A stretch of 42,976 nucleotides of DNA. Origin: Narcine bancroftii. Lineage: Eukaryota. The position numbers were made by a program, and so were the translations under genes. The notes beneath the pieces were generated by a model. That model saw nothing but the letters and a program-made list of their open reading frames with translations, made no database searches and was not told the DNA's origin. The stretch lies in contig NC_091470.1 in NCBI RefSeq assembly GCF_036971445.1, forward strand, positions 139,707,025-139,750,000, in the 5' to 3' direction. This document shows positions 1 to 9,960 of the stretch, piece by piece; within the stretch, counting starts at the first letter, position 1, and every line of letters starts with the position of its first letter.

Positions 1-3000
1 GAGAGAGAGAGAGGGGGGCGGGGAGAGAGAGAGAGGGGGCGAGAGAGNNNNNNNNNNNNNNNNNNNNNNNNNNNNNNNNNNNNNNNNNNNNNNNNNNNNN
101 NNNNNNNNNNNNNNNNNNNNNNNNNNNNNNNNNNNNNNNNNNNNNNNNNNNNNNNNNNNNNNNNNNNNNNNNNNNNNNNNNNNNNNNNNNNNNNNNNNNN
201 NNNNNNNNNNNNNNNNNNNNNNNNNNNNNNGAGAGAGAGAGAGGGGCNNNNNNNNNNNNNNNNNNNNNNNNNNNNNNNNNNNNNNNNNNNNNNNNNNNNN
301 NNNNNNNNNNNNNNNNNNNNNNNNNNNNNNNNNNNNNNNNNNNNNNNNNNNNNNNNNNNNNNNNNNNNNNNNNNNNNNNNNNNNNNNNNNNNNNNNNNNN
401 NNNNNNNNNNNNNNNNNNNNNNNNNNNNNNNNNNNNNNNNNNNNNNNNNNNNNNNNNNNNNNNNNNNNNNNNNNNNNNNNNNNNNNNNNNNNNNNNNNNN
501 NNNNNNNNNNNNNNNNNNNNNNNNNNNNNNNNNNNNNNNNNNNNNNNNNNNNNNNNNNNNNNNNNNNNNNNNNNNNNNNNNNNNNNNNNNNNNNNNNNNN
601 NNNNNNNNNNNNNNNNNNNNNNNNNNNNNNNNNNNNNNNNNNNNNNNNNNNNNNNNNNNNNNNNNNNNNNNNNNNNNNNNNNNNNNNNNNNNNNNNNNNN
701 NNNNNNNNNNNNNNNNNNNNNNNNNNNNNNNNNNNNNNNNNNNNNNNNNNNNNNNNNNNNNNNNNNNNNNNNNNNNNNNNNNNNNNNNNNNNNNNNNNNN
801 NNNNNNNNNNNNNNNNNNNNNNNNNNNNNNNNNNNNNNNNNNNNNNNNNNNNNNNNNNNNNNNNNNNNNNNNNNNNNNNNNNNNNNNNNNNNNNNNNNNN
901 NNNNNNNGGGGAGAGAGAGAGGGCGGGGGAGAGAGAGGGGGCGGGGAGAGAGAGAGAGGGGGCGGGGGAGAGAGAGAGAGGGGGCGGGGGGAGNNNNNNN
1001 NNNNNNNNNNNNNNNNNNNNNNNNNNNNNNNNNNNNNNNNNNNNNNNNNNNNNNNNNNNNNNNNNNNNNNNNNNNNNNNNNNNNNNNNNNNNNNNNNNNN
1101 NNNNNNNNNNNNNNNNNNNNNNNNNNNNNNNNNNNNNNNNNNNNNNNNNNNNNNNNNNNNNNNNNNNNNNNGAGAGAGAGAGAGGGGGCGGGGGAGAGAG
1201 AGAGAGGGGGCGGGGGAGAGAGAGAGAGGGGCNNNNNNNNNNNNNNNNNNNNNNNNNNNNNNNNNNNNNNNNNNNNNNNNNNNNNNNNNNNNNNNNNNNN
1301 NNNNNNNNNNNNNNNNNNNNNNNNNNNNNNNNNNNNNNNNNNNNNNNNNNNNNNNNNNNNNNNNNNNNNNNNNNNNNNNNNNNNGAGAGAGAGAGGGGGC
1401 GGGGAGAGAGAGAGGGGGCGGGGGAGAGAGAGAGGGGGCGGGGGAGAGAGAGAGGGGGCGGGGGAGAGAGAGAGGGGGCGGGGAGAGAGAGAGGGGGCGG
1501 GGAGAGAGAGAGGGGGCGGGGGAGAGAGAGAGGGGGCGGGGGAGAGAGAGAGGGGGCGGGGGAGAGAGTGAGGGGGCGGGGGAGAGAGTGAGGGGCGGGG
1601 GAGAGAGAGAGGGGGCGGGGGAGAGAGAGAGGGGGCGGGGGGAGAGAGAGGGGGCGGGGGAGAGAGAGAGGGGGCGGGGAGGAGAGAGAGGGGGCGGGGA
1701 GAGAGAGAGGGGGCGGGGGAGAGAGAGAGGGGGCGGGGGAGAGAGAGAGGGGGCGGGGAGAGAGAGAGGGGGCGGGGAGAGAGAGAGGGGGCGGGGGAGA
1801 GAGAGAGGGGGCGGGGGAGAGGAGAGAGAGAGGGGGCGGGGGAGAGAGAGAGGGGGCGGGGGAGAGAGAGAGGGGGCGGGGGAGAGAGAGAGGGGGCGGG
1901 GAGAGAGAGAGGGGGCGGGGAGAGAGAGAGGGGGCGGGGGAGAGAGAGAGGGGGCGGGGGAGAGAGAGAGGGGGCGGGGAGAGAGAGAGGGGGCGGGGGA
2001 GAGAGAGAGGGGGCGGGGGGAGAGAGAGAGGGGGCGGGGGAGAGAGAGAGGGGCGGGGGAGAGAGAGAGGGGGCGGGGAGAGAGAGAGGGGGCGGGGGAG
2101 AGAGAGAGGGGGCGGGGGAGAGAGAGAGGGGGCGGGGAGAGAGAGANNNNNNNNNNNNNNNNNNNNNNNNNNNNNNNNNNNNNNNNNNNNNNNNNNNNNN
2201 NNNNNNNNNNNNNNNNNNNNNNNNNNNNNNNNNNNNNNNNNNNNNNNNNNNNNNNNNNNNNNNNNNNNNNNNNNNNNNNNNNNNNNNNNNNNNNNNNNNN
2301 NNNNNNNNNNNNNNNNNNNNNNNNNNNNNNNNNNNGAGAGAGGGGGCGGGGAGAGAGAGAGAGGGGCNNNNNNNNNNNNNNNNNNNNNNNNNNNNNNNNN
2401 NNNNNNNNNNNNNNNNNNNNNNNNNNNNNNNNNNNNNNNNNNNNNNNNNNNNNNNNNNNNNNNNNNNNNNNNNNNNNNNNNNNNNNNNNNNNNNNNNNNN
2501 NNNNNNNNNNNNNNNNNNNNNNNNNNNNNNNNNNNNNNNNNNNNNNNNNNNNNNNNNNNNNNNNNNNNNNNNNNNNNNNNNNNNNNNNNNNNNNNNNNNN
2601 NNNNAGAGAGAGCGGGGCGGGGGAGAGAGAGAGGGGGCGGGGAGAGAGAGCGGGCGGGGGAGAGAGAGCGGGCGGGGAGAGAGAGCGGGCGGGGGGAGAG
2701 AGAGCGGGCGGGGAGAGAGAGCGGGCGGGGGAGAGAGAGCGGGCGGGGGAGAGAGAGCGGGCGGGGGAGAGAGAGCGGGCGGGGGAGAGAGAGCGGGCGG
2801 GGGAGAGAGAGCGGGCGGGGGAGAGAGAGCGGGCGGGGAGAGAGAGCGGGCGGGGGAGAGAGAGCGGGCGGGGGAGAGAGAGCGGGCGGGGAGAGAGAGC
2901 GGGCGGGGAGAGAGAGCGGGCGGGGGAGAGAGAGCGGGCGGGGGAGAGAGAGCGGGCGGGGGAGAGAGAGCGGGCGGGGGAGAGAGAGCGGGCGGGGGAG

Positions 3001-3150
3001 AGAGAGCGGGCGGGGAGAGAGAGCGGGCGGGAGAGAGAGCGGGCGGGGAGAGAGAGCGGGCGGGGAGAGAGAGCGGGCGGGGAGAGAGAGAGCGGGCGGG
3101 GGAGAGAGAGCGGGCGGGGGAGAGAGAGCGGGGGAGAGAGAGGGGGAGAG
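1..3150 (+). repeat. GA/G-rich minisatellite: (GA)n-GGGGGCGGGG units, then (GA)n-GCGGGCGGGG units after ~2640; interrupted by long N gaps
   Basis: Directly visible tandem units of ~17-21 bp between runs of N; explains ORF 1588..3174. Confidence 0.95.
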
Positions 3151-3197
3151 GAGGAGACGATGTCATGTTTATGAAGGGTGCTATTGAATGAACTTAC

Positions 3198-3202
3198 TTC
3201 CC
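3198..3202 (-). CDS. PHB2: PHB2 penultimate microexon (5 nt as assembled, probably 6 nt)
   Basis: Pyrimidine tract + CAACAG|GGGAA|GTAAGT in a small unique island, at the position where mammalian PHB2 has a 6-nt exon. Confidence 0.75.
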
Positions 3203-6200
3203 CTGTTGCGATTAATTCAAAGAGCGAGAAAGAGAGAGAAAAGTGAATTAAACAGGGAAATGACATGTTTTGCATAAAACTCAATTTGGGATGCAGAGTG
3301 AAGCCCGTCTCCGTCACCACTCTCGGGGTGAGAAACAGAGCGAAGCCCTGTCCCCATCCCCGTCACACACTCCTGGGGTGGGGACGCAGAGAGAAGCCCT
3401 GTCCCATCACACACTCCTGGGTGGGGACACAGAGGGGAGCCCCATCCCGTCACATAATCCCGGGGTGGGATACAGAGCGAAGCTCCATCCCGTCACACAC
3501 TCCCGGGGTGGGGATACAGAGCGAAGTCCTGTCCCATCACAGACTAAAGGGGTGGGGACACGGAGTGAAGCCCTGTCCTGACATACACTCCGGGGTGGGG
3601 GACACACAGCATAGCCCTATCCCGTCACACATTCCAGAGGCCGGACGCAGAGTGAAGCCACGTCCCCTTCACACACTCCCGTACAGAGCGAAGCCCCGTC
3701 GTGTCACACACTCCCGGGGTTGGGACCCAGAGCAAAGCCCCTTCTATCATATACTCCCGGGGTGGGGATGCAGAGCGAAGCCCAGTCCCATCACAGAAAT
3801 ATCTACTTCAATGCAGACTACAAACAGACTTACTTGGTAAAGGCATCATCTTGTAAATTCAGGACAAGACTGTCTGAATTTAAGTAGACACGGTTCTGAG
3901 ATACTGAAATCTGGAAATTCGCAATGAGATTAATATTAATTTTAATTCAAAGTGAGGGTCCGTGTGTGTGGGACCCATCTCCCACCAGTGAGGGTCCGTT
4001 GTGGGGAGGGACCCGTTCCCCCCCCCCCCCCAGTGAGGGTCAGTGTGTGGGACCCGTCCCCCCAGTGAGGGTCAGTGGGTGGGACCCATCTCCCACGAGT
4101 GAAGGTCCGTGTGGGTGGGACCCGTATCCCCCCAGTGAGGGTTCGTGTGGGTGGGTCCTGCCCCCATTGAGGGTCCGTGTGGGTGGGACCCATTAACCCC
4201 CCCCCCCCCAGTGAGGGTCTGTGTGGGAGGGACTCGATCCCCCCCCCACCCCCGTGAGGATCCGTGTGGGTGAGGCTCACCGTTTTGGCAATGCTCTGGG
4301 CTGCACGTATTTTTCTCAGCTTGAGGTAGCCCGGGTTCTTTGTCAGCGCCTCCCCCAGGTGAGGGCACGAGTTATGGACAACAGAGAGAGATGGATTCTC
4401 CGGAGAAAATCAGTGGTTGGGGAGGGGGAGAGAGAGAGACAGAGGGGAGAGAGAGAGAGAGAGAGAGGAGGGGGTGAGACAGATGGAGGGAGAGATAAGC
4501 CAGAGAGAGAGGGAGAATTGGGGAGAGAGAGGGAGGAGAGAGAGATAGAGGGAGGGGAGGGAAGAGAGAGTTTATTGGAAGATGGAGGGTAGGGGGAGTG
4601 GGAGAGTGAATCTGCATATTTATTAATAGTCCTATCTCATGTCTCCCCCGATGTCCCCTTCCCCTCTCCTCCCTCTCCCCCTCCTCTCAGTGAAGGATAT
4701 CATCGATGCCGCTGCTGCCTCTCCTCTGCCTGTACGATTTTCTGCCTCTGTTCTTGCTTGGCCTTCTCCACCAAGAACTGGGCCCTTTGGGCTTCCTGCT
4801 GGGCTGCGGAGGGAGAAGAGAACAAGGGTTACTTGTAGCACAGGGAACTGAACATCAGGTACAGAGAGCAGTAGGAAGAGAACAGGGGTGACACAGAGCA
4901 GTGGGAACAGAAGAGGAGGGTTTGCAGATCTGAAGGAAGGGTAGAGGGTGGGGACAGAGACGAGGGGGGAAGGGTAGAGGGTGGGGACAGAGACGGGGGC
5001 GGGGGGGAAGGGTAGAGGGTGGGGACAGAGAGGGAGAATGGAGAGGGTGCAGAGAGATGGGGGGGAAGGATAGAGGAGGGGACAGAGCTGGGGTGTGGGG
5101 GGGGGGAAGGGGGAGTGGAAGTTCTGTGTCACTGATCCACGGAGAGGGGGAGGATTTGGAGTCCTCACCGACTTGCTTGGCCTCCACCGCGGCCGTGTAC
5201 TCCTTGCTGAAGCTCAGCTCTGTGATGGCCACGTCATCCAGGATGATGTTGAAGTCGCTGGCCCGTTCCATCAGGTCCCTGCGAATTAGCAGGGAGACCT
5301 GGCCATCAGGGGGGCGTGGGGGTGGAGAGAGAGAGAGAGAGAGAGAGAGATGTGGGTACAATTGTCGTCAACTCATAATCCCCCTCACCTCTATACCCTA
5401 TCTCTCTCCCCCCCCCCCACCCTCCCTTTACCCCTCTCCCTCCTCCCCATCTCTTCACCTCTCTCTCCTCTGGTCAGGGATCCTACACCACCTGGGCCCT
5501 CTGAACGATGAGCTGGGAGGCGTTGAACTTGGCCACGACGCTCTTGAGGACCTCGTTGACGATGGAGGGAGGACACGCTCGTCGTAATCCAGGCCCAGCT
5601 GCTGATACATAGCCGGCAGGCTCCGGGCGTCCGGCCGGGAGAGGACACGTAAGGCGATGTTCACCATCTGGAGGTCTGTGTGGAGGGGTGGGGGGGGGGA
5701 GGGAAGAAGGGGGAGGGGTGGGGTGAGAATTAACTCGATTCCTGACCTCTTCCCCCACCTCCCCCGCACCGGAGACTCCCCGTCTTTTTACCTTTGCTCC
5801 CGGTGAGGGAGGAGATTTTCCGGGGCTTGGCCCGGATGTCGTAGATGATGGGATACTGAAGCCACGGCACCCTTGGGTGTGGTGTGTGGGGGGGGGGGGT
5901 GGGGGGGGGAGAAAGCAAGGGGTTAATTCCCTCATGACCAACTATTGACCCCTTCTCTGACCCCTATGACCCCACATTAAGCCCCTCACCCATTCCCTGA
6001 CCATCGTTAATCCCTCCATGACCCCTTGTTAACCCCTTCTCTGACCCCAAGACCCTCGTAAATCCCTCCTTGACCTGCTACCCCTTCTCTGACCCAGTGA
6101 CTCCTTGTTAACCTGTCCCCATGTTAACCCTTCCCTGACCCCTCCCGTCCCTGAGTGACCCTTCATCAATCCTCCCTGACCCCCTTTAATACCCCCGGTC

Positions 6201-7103
6201 ACTGTGACCCATCGTAACCCCCTTCTGACCCCGTTACCCCTCCTCATCCACATGTGACCCTGGTTAACCCCCCTGACCCCTGGTTAACCCCTGCTATCCC
6301 AAGGTGACCCTCGTTAACGCCTGACTAACCCCGGGACACCTTCTTAACCCCTCCAGACCCTGTGACCCTTGTTTAAACCTCCTTGACCTCGTGACTCGTC
6401 TTTAATGCCCACCCTGATCACGTGACTCCCTCCTCGTTCCCATGTGACCCTCATTAACCCCTGCCTGATTCTGGGACCCCTTGTTAACCCCTCCCTCTCC
6501 AGACCCTGATTTAATCCCTTGTTCTCTAGCTTCCCCCTCACCCTCTCCACCTGAAAGGGCCCCCCGCCCCCCCCCAAGGTCCGTACCGAATGTGTAATCC
6601 CTCCGCCAGGATTGTGTTGGGTTGGATTCCTCCAAGACGACTGAAGATGATTGCCCTCTGACCTCCATCCACTGTGGGTGTTGGGGAAAGGAAGGAGAGG
6701 GTGATCAGTATCAGGATACAGAAAGTATCTGCAGCATGAGGGGAGACAGTGGGGGCTGGGAAACTGTGCTGTGGGGATGGGGGAGAGAGAGAGTTGGGGA
6801 GAGAAAGGGGGAGAGAGATAGGGGAGGGGTTGGGGAGAGAGGGAGGGGCAAAGGTGGGAGAGAGGGAGGGGCAAGGTGGGAGAGAGGGAGGGGCAAAGGT
6901 GGGAGAGAGGGAGGGGCAAAGGTGGGAGAGAGGGAGTGAGAAAGAGAGGGGGAAGAGAAAGACTGTGATCTCCCACCTGTGTAGATGGATTCCTTGATCC
7001 CGTATATTAGTGCACCTGCTCCAAGAACCAATTTGAGGGCAGTTCCAGCACCTCGTCCCCCTGCGGGCATCCTAGAGGCAAAATCTCGGAGATTCTGAGC
7101 CAT
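3198..7103 (-). CDS. PHB2: Prohibitin-2, spliced CDS: 7103-6977, 6671-6587, 5871-5792, 5675-5492, 5298-5169, 4803-4701, 4358-4281, 3910-3834, microexon 3202-3198; terminal exon not seen
   Basis: Joined translation [30 protein letters not shown]...[36 protein letters not shown]...[32 protein letters not shown]...[10 protein letters not shown] matches vertebrate PHB2. Exon phases are consistent except for 1-nt deficits near 5568, 4723 and 3200. Confidence 0.97.
3285..3797 (+). repeat. ~44-46 bp dispersed minisatellite (CACACACTCCCGGGGTGGGGACACAGAGCGAAGCCCCGTCCCGT)
   Basis: Tandem copies; same family at 7130-7520, 24410-24510 (reverse, in PEX5 3' UTR) and 42065-42200. Confidence 0.9.
3834..3910 (-). 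CDS. PHB2: PHB2 coding exon 8 (77 nt)
   Basis: [25 protein letters not shown](K); ttccag| and |gtaagt. Confidence 0.95.
3950..4272 (+). repeat. ~35 bp minisatellite (CAGTGAGGGTCCGTGTGGGTGGGACCC...)
   Basis: Tandem degenerate copies in a PHB2 intron. Confidence 0.85.
4281..4358 (-). CDS. PHB2: PHB2 coding exon 7 (78 nt)
   Basis: [26 protein letters not shown]; donor |gtgagc. Confidence 0.95.
4359..4700 (-). other. PHB2: U12-type (minor spliceosome) AT-AC intron of PHB2, 342 nt
   Basis: Begins ATATCCTT, branch-point-like TCCATAAC at 4378-4371, ends CAC; joins ...ASM to LGEAL... in frame. Confidence 0.93.
4701..4803 (-). CDS. PHB2: PHB2 coding exon 6 (103 nt; 1 nt short near 4723)
   Basis: [27 protein letters not shown] / GEAAAASM; followed by U12 donor ATATCCTT. 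Confidence 0.95.
5169..5298 (-). CDS. PHB2: PHB2 coding exon 5 (130 nt)
   Basis: [43 protein letters not shown]; ggccag| and |gtgag. Confidence 0.96.
5492..5675 (-). CDS. PHB2: PHB2 coding exon 4 (184 nt; 1 nt short near 5568)
   Basis: [36 protein letters not shown], then after a frameshift [26 protein letters not shown]. Confidence 0.95.
5792..5871 (-). CDS. PHB2: PHB2 coding exon 3 (80 nt)
   Basis: [26 protein letters not shown]; AG/GT boundaries. Confidence 0.96.
5920..6520 (+). repeat. Degenerate TGACCC/GTTAACCCC low-complexity tandem repeat
   Basis: Recurrent motifs visible in a PHB2 intron. Confidence 0.75.
6587..6671 (-). CDS. PHB2: PHB2 coding exon 2 (85 nt)
   Basis: (V)[27 protein letters not shown](R); cacag| acceptor and |gtacgg donor. 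Confidence 0.95.
6977..7103 (-). CDS. PHB2: PHB2 coding exon 1 (127 nt coding; exon starts at 7113)
   Basis: [42 protein letters not shown]; donor ACAG|GTGGGA. Confidence 0.96.
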
Positions 7104-7129
7104 GCTGTGTTACCTGGAAGGGTAAGTTA

Positions 7130-7520
7130 AAGTGAAGCTCCCTTCTCACCATCCCATCACACACTCCCAGGGTGGGGACACAGAGCGAAGCCCCATTTCC
7201 GTCACACACATCCCCAGGGTGGGGACACAGAGCGAAGCCCCGTTTCCGTCACACACATCCCCAGGGTGGGGACACAGAGCGAAGCCCCATCCCGCCACAC
7301 ACTCCCGGGTTGGGAAACAGAGCAAAGCGCCGTCCCATCACACTCTCCTGGGTTGGGAACACAGAGTGAAGCCCCGTCCCATCACACAATCCTGGGGTGG
7401 GGACACAGAATGAAGCCCCGTCCCGTCACACACTCCCGGGGTGGGGACAGAGTGAAGCCCCGTCCCGTCACACACTCCCAGGTTGGGGACACAGAGTGAA
7501 GCCCATCTCTGTCACACAGA
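7130..7520 (+). repeat. ~44-46 bp minisatellite, same family as 3285-3797
   Basis: Tandem copies of GGGTGGGGACACAGAGCGAAGCCCC. Confidence 0.9.
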
Positions 7521-7744
7521 ACTTGGGTGTCACGAGAGATCGTAAGTTAGGGACATGGAACTCGGGTAAGAATAAGTTATTAGTGTCCAGGCTGGTTTAA
7601 CTGAAGGTTATCGCTGGTTTTACTCAGTTATCATCAGATTGATTATTTAAGAACTAGTTATTGGTGAGCAGGCTGTTTAAACCCAGTTAGTTTGCTAGTT
7701 ATGGTATGTTAAGATCGTGAGGCACTGTGGCTGGGGAGGAAGGG

Positions 7745-8640
7745 CTTTCAAACCTTGCAGAGGGATCTGGACCCGCTGGAAAAATGGACTGGAAAACGGC
7801 CGATGGGGTTTAACGCAGACGAGGGCAAGATGTTGGACAGACTAAAGCCGAAAGTCCATGGTGAACGGTCAGGCCCTGAGGAGGGTGGTGGGACAGAGAG
7901 ATTGTTCCCTGAAAGTGGCACAGGGTCATGGAGAGAGCTTTTGACACATTGGCCTTCATAATAAGTCCAGGAGTTGGGATGTTCTGGTGAGTTGTACAAG
8001 ACATTGGCAGGGCCAATTCTGGAGCATTGTATGCAGTTTTGGTCACCGAACGACAGGCAAGATCTCAATCAGATAGAAAGAGGGCAGAGAATATTTCCTG
8101 GGATGTTGCTTGGACGTCAGGGACTGAGGTTACAGGGAAAAGTTCAACAGGTTCGGGAATTTATCCCCTGAACATTTACTGGGATGTTGCCTGGATGTCA
8201 GGGACTGAGTTACAGGGAAAGGTTAAACAGGTTTGGGAATCTATCCCCTGAAGATTTACTGAGACGTTGCCTGGACGTCAGGGACTGAGTTACAGGGAAA
8301 GGTTAAACAGGTTCCCTAGAGGGTAGGAAAACAAGGGGGAGATTTGAGGGGAACGGGTGGAGTAAATGTTGGTTGTCTTTTTCCCCATTGAGATAGAAAC
8401 CAGAGGACATGGGTTCAGGGAGATGATCTTCACGGGGAGAGCGCGAGATGAGCCAAGGGGGTGAACGTGGGCTGGGCTTTAGCACTGAAGAATTTGGACA
8501 GGTACGTGGAGTGGAGGGGCATGGAGGATGGCTGTGGACAGGGTGCTGGACAGTGCGGGGGGTGGGGGGGGGACAGAGAAATGGTCCAGCACAGACTAGA
8601 GGGGCCAAAGGAGCCTGTTTCTGTGCTGTGATGTTCTATT
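7745..8640 (+). mobile_element. CR1-clade LINE 3' fragment (decayed ORF2 + 3' UTR) with internal 80-bp tandem amplification
   Basis: Translated pieces LQRDLDPLEKW...FNADEGK and LYKTLAGPILEHCMQFWSP...IERGQR resemble the CR1 RT C-terminus; tail GGCCAAAGGAGCCTGTTTCTGTGCTGT. Confidence 0.8.
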
Positions 8641-8659
8641 GGTTACCACAGCTTAGGCT

Positions 8660-9960
8660 GGAGAAGAGCTCGTTATCAGTGTCCAGCCTGGTTTAACCGC
8701 AGGTTATGGCAAGCCAGCGCTGGAGAGGATGATTTAAAGCTAGTTAACCATGTGTAGGCCAGTTTAACCCCCGGCTACTGTTAGTTATGGTAAGTTATCA
8801 ACGCAGGAGCCCGGTAAGAACCAGTTACTGGTCAGTTCAGCAGTTTAATCCCAGCTTTTTGGAAGTAATTGTAGATTACCTAGTTAAGAGCTAGTTACTG
8901 GTTATTGGGCTGGTTTAAAACCAGTTTGTCACCAGTTATGGTCAGTTATCACCACAGCGGATGGTGAAGTACTAGTTACCCCTTGACCACCATGTTATCG
9001 CGTTATGGTCAGTTATCGTGAGTTATGGTGACTTATCACTACAGAGGATAGTTAAGCGCTAGTTATCAATGTCCAGGCTGGTTTAACATCAAGTTATCAC
9101 TAGTTATGATCAGTTATCACCTCAGAGAATGGTTAAGCACTAGTTACCAGTGTCCAGGCCAGTTTACCACCAGGTTATCATTAGTTATGGTCAGTTATCA
9201 CTACAAAGGATGGTTAGGCACTAGTTACCAGTGTCCAGGCTGGTTTACCACCAGCTTATTGCTGCAAAGGATGGTTAAGTGCTAGTTACAAGTGTTCAGG
9301 CCAGTTTACCACCAGGTTATCACTAGTTATGGTCACTGTTATTCACTTTAGAGGATGGTTAAGCACTAGATACCAGTGTCTAGGCCGGTTTACCACCAGG
9401 TTATCGCTAGTTATGGTCAGTTATCACCTCAAGGTTTGGTTAAGTGCTAGTTACCAGTTTATCACTAGTTATGGTCAGTTGACACTTCAGAGGATGGTTA
9501 AGCACTAGTTACCCATGTCCAGGCCAGTTTACCACAAGGTTATCGCTAATTATGGACAGTTAATGCTGCATAGGATGATTAAGCACTAGTTACCTGAGTC
9601 CAGGCTGGTTTACCACCAGGTTATCGCTAGTTATGGTCAGTTAATGCTCCAGGGAATGGTTAAGTGCTAGTTACCCATGTCCAGGCCAGTTTAACACCAG
9701 GTTACTGCTAGTTATGGTCAGTTAACTCTGCAGAGGATGGTTAAGCGCTAGTTACCTGTGTCCAGGTCGGTTTACCACCAGGTTATCGCTAATGATGGTC
9801 AGTTAACGCTGCAGAGGATGGTTAAGCGCTAATTACCCGTGTCCAGGACGGTTTACCACCTGGTTATCGCTAATGATGGTCAGTTAACGCTGCAGAGGAT
9901 GGATATGCGCAAGTTACCCATGTCCAGGGCGGTTTCCCACCAGATTATCACAAGTTTGTT
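8660..9960 (+). repeat. 81-bp GTTA-rich satellite (further copies at 7560-7720)
   Basis: GCAGAGGATGG recurs at 9730, 9811 and 9892 (81-nt period). Confidence 0.9.

Noticed and set aside
1588-3174. 528-aa RGE-rich ORF
   Set aside because: GA/GC minisatellite read through N gaps.
4721-5570. Programmed frameshifting or RNA editing to repair the PHB2/PEX5 frameshifts
   Set aside because: No slippery heptamers or shared context; scattered single indels in a gappy assembly are better explained by sequencing error.
3834-7103. Intronic SCARNA12 (hosted by human PHB2) or nearby U7 snRNA / miR-200c-141
   Set aside because: The introns are repeat-filled and I could not identify C/D or H/ACA boxes or these RNAs by eye; an Infernal/Rfam scan would be decisive.
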